From NCBI GenBank assembly GCA_030158185.1, contig JAOATP010000136.1, positions 1 to 52,053 on the forward strand: a DNA stretch of 52,053 nucleotides, written 5' to 3'. Of this stretch, positions 29,321 through 39,499 are shown piece after piece. The translations under genes were made by a program, and so were the position numbers. Below the pieces are notes generated by a model, which ran no database searches, had not been told where the DNA came from, and saw only the letters and a list, made by a program, of their open reading frames with translations. Position 1 is the first letter of the stretch; every line of letters starts with the position of its first letter. The stretch is from Propionicimonas sp. Its GTDB lineage: Bacteria > Actinomycetota > Actinomycetes > Propionibacteriales > Propionibacteriaceae.

Positions 29321-30670
29321 TCAGTCCAGGTAGTCGCGCAATACCTGCGAGCGGGACGGATGACGCAGCTTGCTCATCGTCTTGGACTCGATCTGGCGGA
29401 TCCGCTCACGCGTGACGCCGTAGACCTTGCCGATCTCGTCGAGCGTCTTGGGCTGGCCGTCCGTGAGGCCGAACCGCATGCTGACCACGCCGGCCTCGCG
29501 CTCGCTGAGCGTGTCCAGCACGTCGTGCAACTGCTCCTGCAGGAGCGTGAAGTTCACCGCCTCCGCGGGAACCACCGCCTCGGAGTCCTCGATCAGGTCG
29601 CCGAACTCGCTGTCGCCGTCCTCGCCGAGCGGGGTGTGCAGCGAGATGGGCTCGCGGCCGTACTTCTGGACCTCCACGACCTTCTCGGGGGTCATGTCGA
29701 GCTCCTTGGCGAGCTCCTCCGGCGTGGGCTCGCGGCCCAGGTCCTGGAGCATCTGCCGCTGGACGCGGGCCAGCTTGTTGATGACCTCGACCATGTGCAC
29801 CGGGATGCGGATCGTGCGGGCCTGGTCGGCCATCGCACGGGTGATGGCCTGCTTGATCCACCACGTCGCGTACGTGGAGAACTTGTAGCCCTTGGTGTAG
29901 TCGAACTTCTCGACCGCGCGGATCAGGCCGAGGTTGCCCTCCTGGATCAGGTCGAGGAAGAGCATCCCGCGACCCGTGTACCGCTTGGCGAGGGAAACGA
30001 CGAGGCGCAGGTTGGCTTCGAGCAGGTGGTTCTTCGCGCGGCGTCCGTCCTCGGAGATCCACTCCAGGTCGACCGCGGCTTCTGCGGTGGACTTGCCCTC
30101 GTTGACGGTCTCCTCTGCGAACAGGCCGGCTTCGATCCGCTTCGCGAGCTGGACCTCCATCTCGGCGTTCAGCAGGGCGACCTTGCCGATCTGCTTGAGG
30201 TAGTCCTTCACCGGGTCCGCGGTCGCACCGGCGACCATGACCTGCTGCTCGGGCTCATCGGCGTCGTCGGCGTCGGAGAGGCTGAAGCCGCCGTCCTCGA
30301 CGAGTTCCTGCTCGGTCTTGACCGCCTCCGCCGGCTCGAAGCCGGAGTCGTCGACATCGTCGAGGGTGCGCTTCTTGCCGCCGACGGTGAGCACGACCTC
30401 ATCGCCCTCGCGCTGGAACTTCACGTTCTCGACGTTGTTGCCGGGAACGATCACTTCCTCGAGCGTGACTTCCTCGAGCACGATCTCTTCCTCGACAAGG
30501 ATGTCGGGTGTGGGCTCGACGTCCTCGTCGGGGGTGACCGGCGAGGTGGGGTCGACGGCCGGAACCGCCTTCACCGGTGACGCGGCCGCCTTCTTCGTCC
30601 GTCCGCGGGGCGCAACTACGGCGGCCTCTTCGGACTGGGAAACGGCGGCGGCGTTGGAGCGTGGGGACAC
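29321..30670 (-). CDS. rpoD: Principal RNA polymerase sigma factor (HrdB/SigA)
   Basis: [34 protein letters not shown] and [30 protein letters not shown]; start uncertain (GTG 30670, ORF open to 30706). Confidence 0.93.
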   Translation of the reverse strand: MSPRSNAAAVSQSEEAAVVAPRGRTKKAAASPVKAVPAVDPTSPVTPDEDVEPTPDILVEEEIVLEEVTLEEVIVPGNNVENVKFQREGDEVVLTVGGKKRTLDDVDDSGFEPAEAVKTEQELVEDGGFSLSDADDADEPEQQVMVAGATADPVKDYLKQIGKVALLNAEMEVQLAKRIEAGLFAEETVNEGKSTAEAAVDLEWISEDGRRAKNHLLEANLRLVVSLAKRYTGRGMLFLDLIQEGNLGLIRAVEKFDYTKGYKFSTYATWWIKQAITRAMADQARTIRIPVHMVEVINKLARVQRQMLQDLGREPTPEELAKELDMTPEKVVEVQKYGREPISLHTPLGEDGDSEFGDLIEDSEAVVPAEAVNFTLLQEQLHDVLDTLSEREAGVVSMRFGLTDGQPKTLDEIGKVYGVTRERIRQIESKTMSKLRHPSRSQVLRDYLD

Positions 30671-30808
30671 AGGCAAACCTCTCAACGAAAGCGTTTCAGG
30701 GCGCACAACACACGGGTGCTGTCAATACATCGCAGGTCCATTGTGCCACGGTAAGGGCGAACACCCAAGCCGGGCCCGGCTCCCGGCTCCGGCTCTAGGC
30801 TGTGCAGC

Positions 30809-32938
30809 ATGCCTGCAGCCGACCGACCACCGGTGGCCCCCCGCCGTCCCTCCACGCGTACCCACCACGGCGATACCTTCACCGATCCCTACGCCTGGAT
30901 GCGGGACAAGACTGATCCGGAGTTCGTCGCCTACCTGAACGCGGAGAACGCCTACACCGACGCGGTCACCGCACCACTGGCAGAACTGCGGCAGGAGATC
31001 TACGGCGACATCTCGGCGCGCACCAAGCAGACCGACCTCAGCGTCCCGGAATTCGTCCGCCATCCCGGCCTCGGGGAGTTCTGGTACTACGCCCGCTCGA
31101 CGGAGGGGCTCGACTACCCCAGCTACCACCGCTGCCCTGCGCAGGGGCGCGACTCCCTGCCCGATCCCGGCAAGGGTGCCCCCGAGGGCGAGCAGTTGCT
31201 GCTGGACGCCCAGGCGCTCGCGGCGGGCACGGACTTCTTTTCCATGGGCTGCTTCGACGTCTCCCCCAACGGCCGGCTCGCCGCCTACTCCGTGGACACC
31301 AGCGGCGACGAGCGCTACCACCTCCGCTTCTTCGACCTGATCACCGGGCAGGCACTGCCGGACGAGGTGGCAGAAGTGGCATCCGGCGGCTGCTGGGCCG
31401 GCGACGGGGCGTTCTGCTACCTGACCGTCGACGACGCCTGGCGACCCGACCGCCTGTGGCGCCACCGTCTCGGCGACACCGGTGAGGACGAGCTGCTCCA
31501 CACCGAGGACGACGAACGGTTCTGGCTCGGCGTCGACTGCTCGCGCGACAACCGCTGGGTGCAGCTCGGCGCTGCCAGCAAGACCAGCACGGAGACCTGG
31601 CTGCTGGACGCCACCGACCCCGCGTCCACCCTGCGCTCGGTCGCTCCCCGGCGCGACGACATCGAGTACGACGTGGAGGTGGCAGGCGACCGGCTGTTCA
31701 TCGTCCACAACGACGGCGCCCCCGACTTCGCGCTGGCACAGGCGCCGCTGACCTCCACCGACGCGACCGACTGGACGCCGATCTGGCCGGGCGAGCCCGG
31801 CGTCCGGCTGCTCGGCGTCGTCTCCTACGACCGCGTGCTGGTGCAGAGCCTGCGCCGCGACGGCCTGCAGGTCGTCACCCTGCGCCACCGGGACGCTGCC
31901 GGCGATGTCGGCGAGGAGGTCGGCATCGCGTTCGACGAGCCGATCTACACCGTCGACGTCGACGGTGGCGACGAGGCCGACACCGACCGCATCCGGTTGC
32001 ACTACCAGTCGATGGTCACCCCGGACGAGGTGATCGACTACCGCATCGCGGACGGCACCCGCACCGTCCTGCGCCGCCGGCCGGTGCTCGACCACCCGGT
32101 CCACGGCCCCTACCGGCCCACCGACTACCGGCAGCAGAGGGTGTGGGCAGAGGCCGGGGACGGCACCCGCATCCCGATCTCGCTGGTGTACCGGGCCGAC
32201 ACCCCGCTGGACGGGAGCGCCGGCTGCCTGCTGTACGGGTACGGCGCCTACGAGATCAGCGTGTCCCCGTCCTTCTCCATCGCACGCCTCAGCCTGCTCG
32301 ACCGCGGTTACCTCTACGCGGTCGCCCACGTGCGCGGCGGCGGCGAGCTCGGCAGGGCCTGGTACACCGGCGGCCGCCTCGAGGCGAAGGAGAACACCTT
32401 CACCGACTTCATCACCTGCGCGCGCTACCTGGTCTCGGCCGGCTACACCACCACCGGACGGCTGGCAGCCGAGGGTGGCAGTGCCGGCGGCCTGCTGATC
32501 GGCGCAGCCCTCAACCTCGCGCCGGACGCGTTCGCAGCCGTCCACGCCGCCGTCCCGTTCGTCGACGCCCTCACCACGATCCTCGACCCGGAGCTCCCGC
32601 TGACGGTGATGGAGTGGGAGGAGTGGGGCGACCCGCTGCACGACCCGGAGGCGTACGCAAGGATGCGGCGCTACTCCCCCTACGAGAACGTCAGGGCAGC
32701 GCAGTACCCGGCCGTCCTCGTCACGACAAGCCTCAACGACACAAGGGTCGAGATCACCGAGCCGGCCAAGTGGGTGGCTGCCCTGCGGCACGACTCCGGT
32801 TCCAGCAGTCCGATCCTGCTCAAGACCGAGATGGTCGCCGGCCACGGCGGCAGTTCCGGGCGCTACCAGGCCTGGCGGGACGCTGCGTTCGAGCTCGCCT
32901 GGCTGATCGCTGCGACCCCGCCTCCTCCGAAGGACTGA
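30809..32938 (+). CDS. ptrB: Oligopeptidase B (S9A)
   Basis: DPYAWMRD, YGYGAYE, HVRGGGELG, GGSAGG, EEWGDP and AGHGG. Confidence 0.92.
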   Translation: MPAADRPPVAPRRPSTRTHHGDTFTDPYAWMRDKTDPEFVAYLNAENAYTDAVTAPLAELRQEIYGDISARTKQTDLSVPEFVRHPGLGEFWYYARSTEGLDYPSYHRCPAQGRDSLPDPGKGAPEGEQLLLDAQALAAGTDFFSMGCFDVSPNGRLAAYSVDTSGDERYHLRFFDLITGQALPDEVAEVASGGCWAGDGAFCYLTVDDAWRPDRLWRHRLGDTGEDELLHTEDDERFWLGVDCSRDNRWVQLGAASKTSTETWLLDATDPASTLRSVAPRRDDIEYDVEVAGDRLFIVHNDGAPDFALAQAPLTSTDATDWTPIWPGEPGVRLLGVVSYDRVLVQSLRRDGLQVVTLRHRDAAGDVGEEVGIAFDEPIYTVDVDGGDEADTDRIRLHYQSMVTPDEVIDYRIADGTRTVLRRRPVLDHPVHGPYRPTDYRQQRVWAEAGDGTRIPISLVYRADTPLDGSAGCLLYGYGAYEISVSPSFSIARLSLLDRGYLYAVAHVRGGGELGRAWYTGGRLEAKENTFTDFITCARYLVSAGYTTTGRLAAEGGSAGGLLIGAALNLAPDAFAAVHAAVPFVDALTTILDPELPLTVMEWEEWGDPLHDPEAYARMRRYSPYENVRAAQYPAVLVTTSLNDTRVEITEPAKWVAALRHDSGSSSPILLKTEMVAGHGGSSGRYQAWRDAAFELAWLIAATPPPPKD

Positions 32939-32951
32939 CCCCGGGGGCCAC

Positions 32952-32980
32952 CCGTGGTCGTGGGTTGCGTACGACCACGG
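32952..32980 (+). terminator. Hairpin after ptrB (possible terminator)
   Basis: CCGTGGTCGT-N9-ACGACCACGG perfect 10-bp stem followed by TCTT. Confidence 0.55.
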
Positions 32981-33086
32981 TCTTGATCTGCGTGATTCCC
33001 TGCCCTCGGGGTAATCCACACGGTGTCGGGGGCAGAAATCGGGCCCCCTCGCGCGTTGTACTGATGACGAGCGAAAGGGACTCACA

Positions 33087-34037
33087 GTGATCGCCACGGC
33101 ACATCGGATTCGCAGTACAGACGGCATCGACGGCAAGGATGCGGTCGGCCTCTACCTGGACGGGATCGCAAAGACCCCGCTGCTGACAGCAGAGGAAGAG
33201 GTCCAGCTCGCCAAGTTGATCGAGGCCGGTCGGTTCGCCCACGCGATCATCGACGGCACCCTTGCCCCCGAGGAATCAGCGCTCCACAAGGTGAAGGCCA
33301 CCAAGGCCGAGCTGCAGGAGATCGCCGACCAGGGTGACGCTGCCATGCAGCGCTTCATCACGGCCAACCTGCGGCTCGTCGTCTCTGTCGCCCGCAAGTA
33401 CGGCCGGGCCCAGATGCCGCTGCTCGACCTGGTGCAGGAGGGCAACACAGGCCTCATCCGCGCCGTCGAGAAGTTCGACTACACCAAGGGCTTCAAGTTC
33501 TCCACCTACGCCACCTGGTGGGTCCGCCAGTCGATCTCCCGCGGCATCGCCCAGCAGGGACGCATCGTGCGCCTCCCCGTGCACGTCGCGGAGCAGGTCA
33601 ACCAGGTCTCCGCCGTCCGCCGCACCCTCGAGCGCCGTTTCGGCCGCGAGCCGGAGCTGTTCGAGATCGCTGAGGAGCTCGGCGTGAAGGAGGAGACGAT
33701 CGTCGACCTGTTGCGCCTCTCGCGTGACCACGTCAGCCTCGACGCTCCCGTCGAGGAGGACGGCGACACGGCCCTCGGCGACCTGCTGGCAAGGGAGATG
33801 TCTCCAGGTCCGGACGAGGTCGTGCTGGACGCCGAGGATCGCGCCCGGCTCGACGCCATGCTGGCAAGCCTCGACGAGCGTTCCCAGGACGTGGTTCGTC
33901 GCCGCTACGGGCTGGTCGACGGTCGCCAGGCCAAGCTCGCCGACATCGCCGCCATCTGGGGCATCACCGCCGAGCGGGTTCGCCAGATCGAACGGCACGC
34001 CATCACCAAGCTGCGAGGGGACTCCGAGGCCGCCTGA
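33087..34037 (+). CDS. Group 2 sigma-70 factor (HrdD/SigB-like)
   Basis: [32 protein letters not shown] and AERVRQIE; lacks region 1.1; AAGGGA SD. Confidence 0.9.
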   Translation: MIATAHRIRSTDGIDGKDAVGLYLDGIAKTPLLTAEEEVQLAKLIEAGRFAHAIIDGTLAPEESALHKVKATKAELQEIADQGDAAMQRFITANLRLVVSVARKYGRAQMPLLDLVQEGNTGLIRAVEKFDYTKGFKFSTYATWWVRQSISRGIAQQGRIVRLPVHVAEQVNQVSAVRRTLERRFGREPELFEIAEELGVKEETIVDLLRLSRDHVSLDAPVEEDGDTALGDLLAREMSPGPDEVVLDAEDRARLDAMLASLDERSQDVVRRRYGLVDGRQAKLADIAAIWGITAERVRQIERHAITKLRGDSEAA

Positions 34038-34069
34038 CGGTCTCGTCCAACATCACCCTTGAGGCCGGG

Positions 34070-34104
34070 AGATCCCAGGTTTGCGATGTGACCTGGGGTC
34101 TTTT
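34070..34104 (+). terminator. Intrinsic terminator
   Basis: AGATCCCAGGT...ACCTGGGGTCT stem ending in a TTTT run, after the sigma gene. Confidence 0.7.
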
Positions 34105-34130
34105 GGCGTCCGGACGCGTTCGGGTGGACG

Positions 34131-34991
34131 TCAGGCCGGGTCGATCAGGCGGATCAGGCCCTCCTGGGCGCAGGAAGCAGCCAGACGCCCGTCCGCGAAC
34201 AGCCGGCCGAAGCTGAAGCCCAGCCCGGCGGACGCCGACGGCGAGACCTGGTCGTACAGCAGCCACTCGTCGGCACGGGCCGGACGGTGGAACCACATCG
34301 AATGGTCGATCGAGGCCACCTGCATACCGGGGCCGCCGAACTCCACCGGGTGCGGCACCGTGCTGACGGCGAGCAGGGTCAGGTCGCTGGCGTAGGCAAG
34401 GACGGCCTGGTGCAGCTTCGGGTCGTCGGGAAGGGAGTTCTCCGCCCGCACCCACAGCTTCATCGCAGCGTCCGGCCGGCCGTCGGCGTCGACTCCGGAG
34501 GTGTCGCTGGCGAACCGGGTCTCGAGTGCCCCGAACTCCTGCCGCCACGCCTCTGCCGCCCGGCGGGAGCGGGCCCCCAGCACCTCCGACAACGGCGGGC
34601 AGTCCTCGGGCGGCAGCACGCCGACCGGGATCGCGTCGGCATGGTCGAGGCCCGACTCGAGCTCGTGGAACGAACACACCATGCTGAAGATCACCCGGCC
34701 ACCCTGGTCGGCGACCACCCGCCGCGCGGAGAAGCTCCCACCGTCTCGGGTCTTCTCGACCGTGTAGCTGATCGGGATGCCCGGGGCCCCTGCGCGCAGG
34801 AAGTACGCCCCGAGCGAGTGCGCGACCCGGGCGTCCGGCACGGTCCGGCATGCGGCCGTCAGCGCCTGGGCCAGCACCTGTCCCCCAAAGACGCGCTGGC
34901 GTGCCGACCCGGCGTCCTGCCCGACGAAGACATTCTCATCGGACTGGCGAAGGTCGAGGATTCCGATCAGTTCGTCGACGGTCTCCGGCAC
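34131..34991 (-). CDS. tesB: Acyl-CoA thioesterase II
   Basis: RVFGGQVLAQAL, RDGGSFS, LAYASD, SIDHSMWFHRP and QEGLIR; GTG start at 34991. Confidence 0.92.
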   Translation of the reverse strand: MPETVDELIGILDLRQSDENVFVGQDAGSARQRVFGGQVLAQALTAACRTVPDARVAHSLGAYFLRAGAPGIPISYTVEKTRDGGSFSARRVVADQGGRVIFSMVCSFHELESGLDHADAIPVGVLPPEDCPPLSEVLGARSRRAAEAWRQEFGALETRFASDTSGVDADGRPDAAMKLWVRAENSLPDDPKLHQAVLAYASDLTLLAVSTVPHPVEFGGPGMQVASIDHSMWFHRPARADEWLLYDQVSPSASAGLGFSFGRLFADGRLAASCAQEGLIRLIDPA

Positions 34992-34995
34992 AGCG

Positions 34996-35895
34996 CTACC
35001 GCCGGAAGTCCGACGGCGGGTCCTGCTCGGCAAGGAACTGCTCGACGGCAGCGCCGAGTTCCTCTGCGCTGGGCACCGAGGCCGCCCCGCTGCTGCTGAG
35101 CCGGTCGTACTGCTCCTCCAGCGCCTCGACAACGGCGGGGAAGTCGGCATCCTCAGCGGTCTCCGACTCGATCGATGCGAGATTGGCCGCTGCCCGCTCG
35201 GACAGCTCGCCCATCGGGATCACCAGCCCGGCGGCCTTCGCGAGGCGGCCGATGACCGCCTGGGTCGCCTGCGGGAACCCGGCCTGGGCCAGGTAGTGCG
35301 GGACGTGCGCGACGAAGCCCTGTCCGAGCCGTCCGGCAAGGCCGGCACGGTACTCAAGGACGTGGGAGAAGCTGCCGGGGATCTGCACCCTGTCGATCCA
35401 CATCGGGTTGCCGCTGACCGTCTCCGGCTCGGTGGCATGCGCCGTCACAAGGGTCGGACGCGTGTGCGGGACGGCCATCGGGACACCCGAGACGGTGATC
35501 AGGCTGGAGACGTCCAGCTCCTCTGCGATCCCGAGGACGGCGGCGGCCGTCCGGTTCCACTGGGTGTCCGGCTCCGGCCCGGTGAAGAGGAGGAACGGCT
35601 TGCCGGTGGCGTCGAGGAGACGATGGATGACCAGCGCGTAGTCGGTCATGCCCACCCACTGGTTGGTGTCGAACACCATCTGGGGACGGCGCGAGCGGTA
35701 GTCGTGCAGCTGGTCGTGGTCGAACTCCGCCAGCACCTCGTGCTCACACGCCTCCAGCAGGTAGCGCCCTGCGGAGTGGGTCACGGAGCCGGCGTCGATG
35801 TAGCCGTCGAGCAGGTGGATCAGGGCAGGCCTGGTCCCCCGAACCGACTCCCAAAGGTCCGGGTCGAAGGTATAGAGCAGCCTCGGGTCCAGCAC
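34996..35895 (-). CDS. PAC2 (proteasome assembly chaperone) family protein
   Basis: GYIDAG, DYRSRRP, GPEPD, PMAVPHTRP, HVPHYL and LEEQYD. Confidence 0.9.
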   Translation of the reverse strand: MLDPRLLYTFDPDLWESVRGTRPALIHLLDGYIDAGSVTHSAGRYLLEACEHEVLAEFDHDQLHDYRSRRPQMVFDTNQWVGMTDYALVIHRLLDATGKPFLLFTGPEPDTQWNRTAAAVLGIAEELDVSSLITVSGVPMAVPHTRPTLVTAHATEPETVSGNPMWIDRVQIPGSFSHVLEYRAGLAGRLGQGFVAHVPHYLAQAGFPQATQAVIGRLAKAAGLVIPMGELSERAAANLASIESETAEDADFPAVVEALEEQYDRLSSSGAASVPSAEELGAAVEQFLAEQDPPSDFRR

Positions 35896-35974
35896 GCGGC
35901 CACTGTACCCCGCCACTACTGGCCGACCCCGCGCATTGCGCTCAGGGCTGACGGCGTCCCGGGGCGGGCTGCGC

Positions 35975-36916
35975 TCACGGCTGGGCGATACGACCCATGT
36001 GCCCTGGCGGGAGCACCTCGCCCAGGTGCCCGCCGAGCTCCTGGAGGAGCTGGATCGTCCGTTCGGTCGCGGGGTTCGTCCGTGCGCTGTCGCGCACTAG
36101 GGCGACGATCCGGCGGTTCGGGCTGGGGTTGGTGGGATGGACGTAGGCCACCTCGAACCCCGACCAGCCCAGCGCGAGCTGCGGCACGAGGGCGATCCCG
36201 ACCCCTGCCGCAACGAAGGCGAGGCCGGTGACGTGGTCCTGCGCGCGCGCCACGTACCGGGGGGTGAACCCTGCCCCGGCACAGGCGTGCGCTGCCAGAC
36301 GGGTGGCGATCTCGTCGCGGAAGTCGTACTGCACCCAGTCGTCCTCTGCGAACTCGTTGAGGTCCATCGTGCCGGCCTCTGCGAGGGGGTGGTCGTGCGG
36401 CAGGGCGACAAGGAAGTCGTCCGTGCCCAGTTCGAAGCGCCGGTAGGCCGGGGGTACCCGTGGATCGTCGTAGGGCAGCTCAGTGTGCACCTCGATGTCG
36501 GCCTGACCGGCCGTCTCCGCGCTGTCGGACTCGTTGATCGACAGCTCGAGGGTGAGGCCTGGGAACTCCTGCCGCAGTGCGCGGGCGACGGTCGGCATCC
36601 AGGTGTAGGCGGCCGAGGCGAAGGTCCGCATGGTGAGCCGCTCCGTTGCGCCCTCCCTGAGGTCTCGGGCGAGCACGTCGAGGTCGGCCATCGCGTGCAG
36701 TGCCTCAGCGCTCGCCCGTGCCAGCTCGATGGCAGCGGGCGTGGGGCGGATGCCACGTCCCACTCGTTCCACAAGGAGGAAGCCGACCTCGCGTTCGAGG
36801 GTGTGCACATGCTGGCTGACCGTCGAGGGAGTGAGCCCAAGACGGTGGGCGGTGTCGTTCACGGAACCGCTGGCGACGACGGCGCGAAGGATGCGGAGAC
36901 GGTTGAGATCGAGCAT
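35975..36916 (-). CDS. LysR family transcriptional regulator
   Basis: LDLNRLRIL...GS...TPSTVSQHVHTLEREVG HTH plus substrate-binding domain. Confidence 0.93.
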   Translation of the reverse strand: MLDLNRLRILRAVVASGSVNDTAHRLGLTPSTVSQHVHTLEREVGFLLVERVGRGIRPTPAAIELARASAEALHAMADLDVLARDLREGATERLTMRTFASAAYTWMPTVARALRQEFPGLTLELSINESDSAETAGQADIEVHTELPYDDPRVPPAYRRFELGTDDFLVALPHDHPLAEAGTMDLNEFAEDDWVQYDFRDEIATRLAAHACAGAGFTPRYVARAQDHVTGLAFVAAGVGIALVPQLALGWSGFEVAYVHPTNPSPNRRIVALVRDSARTNPATERTIQLLQELGGHLGEVLPPGHMGRIAQP

Positions 36917-36936
36917 GAAGCAATCATACGGTCACA

Positions 36937-36952
36937 CCGAACGATTGTTCGG
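36937..36952. promoter_or_regulatory. Inverted repeat in the LysR divergent promoter (candidate operator)
   Basis: CCGAAC-GATT-GTTCGG between two divergent -10-like boxes (TATGAT on -, CAGAAT on +). Confidence 0.45.
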
Positions 36953-36997
36953 CATTGTGAGCTTGTGGCGAACATACACAAGCGTCAGAATTGACTC

Positions 36998-37171
36998 ATG
37001 ATGAGCTACGCAGTAATCGACCGGGATCGCGCCCGCGTCGTTGAAGAACTCGACCTGGCCCGCCAGATCGAGCCCACCCCTGTCTATCGTCGCAAGGTCG
37101 ATACCCGCCACTGGTTCCTCAGTTCGCTGGTCGGCCGCGAGGCCATTCGCACGCACCTGTCCAGCTTCTGA
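36998..37171 (+). CDS. Small hypothetical protein, 57 aa (absent from the supplied ORF track)
   Basis: MMSYAVIDRDRARVVEELDLARQIEPTPVYRRKVDTRHWFLSSLVGREAIRTHLSSF; mostly G/C third positions; CAGAAT-N6-ATG; divergent from LysR. Confidence 0.6.
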   Translation: MMSYAVIDRDRARVVEELDLARQIEPTPVYRRKVDTRHWFLSSLVGREAIRTHLSSF

Positions 37172-37184
37172 CCCGGGGGGCGCA

Positions 37185-38147
37185 ACGGCACAGACCGACG
37201 GGACGCGGGCGCAGGTCGTCCGCACCGTACTGGCCCTGGGAGCGACGGGCGTGGGCATCGGCGCCGTACGCCTCGCCGGCCGGTTGCGCGCCTTCTACGA
37301 GGTCAACGCCGAGCTCCGGGTAGCCGGCGTTCGGCGCAGCTACCTCCTTCGAGTACCCGAGGGACACGGCCGGGACCACCCCGCTCCCCTGGTCGTCGTG
37401 ATCCACGGCTTCATGAAATCACCGTCACACCAGCGCACGATGAGTCGCTGGGACGAGCTCGCTGCCACCCGCGGCTTCCTCACCGTCTACCCCCTGGGCA
37501 CAGGCGTCCCGCCCCACTGGGAGCCCCACGGTGCACCGCAACGACGCGGCCCCGACCAGGTGGACTTCATCGCGGGACTCGTCCGCGAGGTCAGCACCCG
37601 CTACCCGATCGATCCCGACCGCGTGTATGCCTCAGGCATGTCCAACGGCGGCGGCCTCGCGAGCATGCTCGCCCTCGCACTGCCCGAGACGTTCGCTGCC
37701 GTCGGCTCCGTCGCCGGGCTGTACTCACAATCCCCCGGTGAGCCGACCGCGCGCGCCGTGCCGCTGATCGCCTTCCACGGCGGCCTCGACCAGATCGTGC
37801 CCATCGAAGGCGGCGTCCGACGCCTGGGATCACCCCTCCCCGCCGTGGCCGAGTGGATGGCGTCCTACGCCCGGTCCTGCGGCTGCACCACACGCACAGA
37901 CGTCGACCTCTCCGGGGAGATCACACGGGTGCGGTACACCGGTGGGCGCAACGGCTCGGAAGTGGTCTGGTACCGGATCGCCGACGCCGGCCACACCTGG
38001 CCCGGTGGCGTGCCGCTGCCCGAGGTCGTCACAGGCCCCACCTCGGGCGACCTCGACGCCACGACACTGACCTGGGAGTTCTTCTGCGACCACCCCCGGT
38101 CCGCACCAGCTCCCCTCAGCCAAGGCTCATCAGCTCGCCGAGGGTGA
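37185..38147 (+). CDS. PHB-depolymerase/LpqP-like alpha/beta hydrolase (esterase); start uncertain
   Basis: LVVVIHG, GMSNGG nucleophile, FHGGLDQIVP and AGHTWPG; candidate starts ACG 37185, GTG 37251, TTG 37041. Confidence 0.82.
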   Translation, partial: TAQTDGTRAQVVRTVLALGATGVGIGAVRLAGRLRAFYEVNAELRVAGVRRSYLLRVPEGHGRDHPAPLVVVIHGFMKSPSHQRTMSRWDELAATRGFLTVYPLGTGVPPHWEPHGAPQRRGPDQVDFIAGLVREVSTRYPIDPDRVYASGMSNGGGLASMLALALPETFAAVGSVAGLYSQSPGEPTARAVPLIAFHGGLDQIVPIEGGVRRLGSPLPAVAEWMASYARSCGCTTRTDVDLSGEITRVRYTGGRNGSEVVWYRIADAGHTWPGGVPLPEVVTGPTSGDLDATTLTWEFFCDHPRSAPAPLSQGSSARRG

Positions 38148-39492
38148 TCGACGGGTCAGCCACACCGGCCCGCAACACCTTCAGCATGTACTCGTGGCAG
38201 TCCTTGATCACGGCCACCGGCAGATGGTGCACCTGCCGCTCCCAATAGCAGCGCAGGCCGCCGGAGCAGTCGTCGTCCATGATGGTGAGGTAGCTGAGCA
38301 GGCTGAACGCACCGTTGCAGTGCCAATCGGTGGTGCAGGTCAGGCCGTGACCGACAGCCATGGGCACCGGCTGGAAGGTCAGCAGGGTGTCGGAGTACCC
38401 CGTGCCGGGGCGGGACCCCTGATCGGCGAAGAGCCGGTGCGGCAGGAACTGGAGCTCCATGCTGGAGTAGTCGGCGTGGCGGAAGAGCTGGTTCTGCCGC
38501 TCCAGCAGCAACTCGAGCGCCTCGATGAAGGTCAGGTCCTCCGCCATCGATAGCCGGAGCGTGAGGTTCTGCACCCGGCATCCGCCGGAGTTCTTCTCCG
38601 CGAGCGTCGCGCGTCGTGCAACGTTCACGCTGAAGGTCACGTCCTCGGCCCGCCCGTTGACCTTCGCGAGGTACAGGCGGAGTGCCAGCGCGAACAGCGC
38701 CTGCATGGACGAGATCTGCCTGGCGGCCAGGAACGCCTGGAACAGTGCGACATCCTCGGGGCTCACCTTGAGGACGACGTGGTCGGCCTTCGTCAGCAGG
38801 TGCTGGGTCCAGCACTGGCGCGCGTCGGGGTCGCGGATGAAGCGGCGGTAGGACTCGAGGACACCGGAGCCCTTGAGGCTGGTGAACAGCGGCTGCGACG
38901 GGCCGATCGCCTTCTCCCAGAACTGCCGGTCGGCATCGCTGCGCGCGGACCGGTTGTACTCGAGCTCCTTCACGAGGACCGGCTCGTAGTCCGAGGGCGG
39001 CTTGGGGAGGACATCGTTCTGCGCAAGGGCCCAGTAGATGTCGATCACGTCGCGGTAGAACATCGAGATCGCCCACGAGTCCATGATCAGATGGCAGATG
39101 ACGCTGAAGAGCCCGGTGGAACCGTCAGGGGTCGTGAAGACGACAAAGCCGGCCTGGGGCGATTCCAGGAGCGGAATCCGCCGGGATGCCCGTCGGGCGA
39201 AGAAGCGTTGCATCTCGTCGGCATCCGTGAACTCCCGCTGTTCCACGTAGAGGCAGTCCCGCTCGCCGAAGTACTGCCGGTACTCCTTTCCCTCCTTCAC
39301 GAGGCGGATGCCGAAGGAATCCCAGCGGAGGACGGCGAGGCGGACGGCCGCGGCGAGCAGCATCGGGTCGAGGCGCTCATGCACCGTGATCGAGGTGGCG
39401 ATGTTCACGATCGCCTTGTGCAGCGTCCAGTGGCGGTTGAGGAACGACAGCTGCTGGGACGGGGAGAGTTCGTAAAGGGTGTGCTCGGGCAC
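38116..39492 (-). CDS. Stand-alone condensation-domain protein
   Basis: YELSPSQQ (C1-like), CHLIMDSW (HxxxD active-site variant), LYLAKVNG and NVARRAT; last gene of the ligase-ACP-PPTase operon. Confidence 0.85.
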   Translation of the reverse strand: MPEHTLYELSPSQQLSFLNRHWTLHKAIVNIATSITVHERLDPMLLAAAVRLAVLRWDSFGIRLVKEGKEYRQYFGERDCLYVEQREFTDADEMQRFFARRASRRIPLLESPQAGFVVFTTPDGSTGLFSVICHLIMDSWAISMFYRDVIDIYWALAQNDVLPKPPSDYEPVLVKELEYNRSARSDADRQFWEKAIGPSQPLFTSLKGSGVLESYRRFIRDPDARQCWTQHLLTKADHVVLKVSPEDVALFQAFLAARQISSMQALFALALRLYLAKVNGRAEDVTFSVNVARRATLAEKNSGGCRVQNLTLRLSMAEDLTFIEALELLLERQNQLFRHADYSSMELQFLPHRLFADQGSRPGTGYSDTLLTFQPVPMAVGHGLTCTTDWHCNGAFSLLSYLTIMDDDCSGGLRCYWERQVHHLPVAVIKDCHEYMLKVLRAGVADPSITLGELMSLG

Positions 39493-39499
39493 GGTTCTC

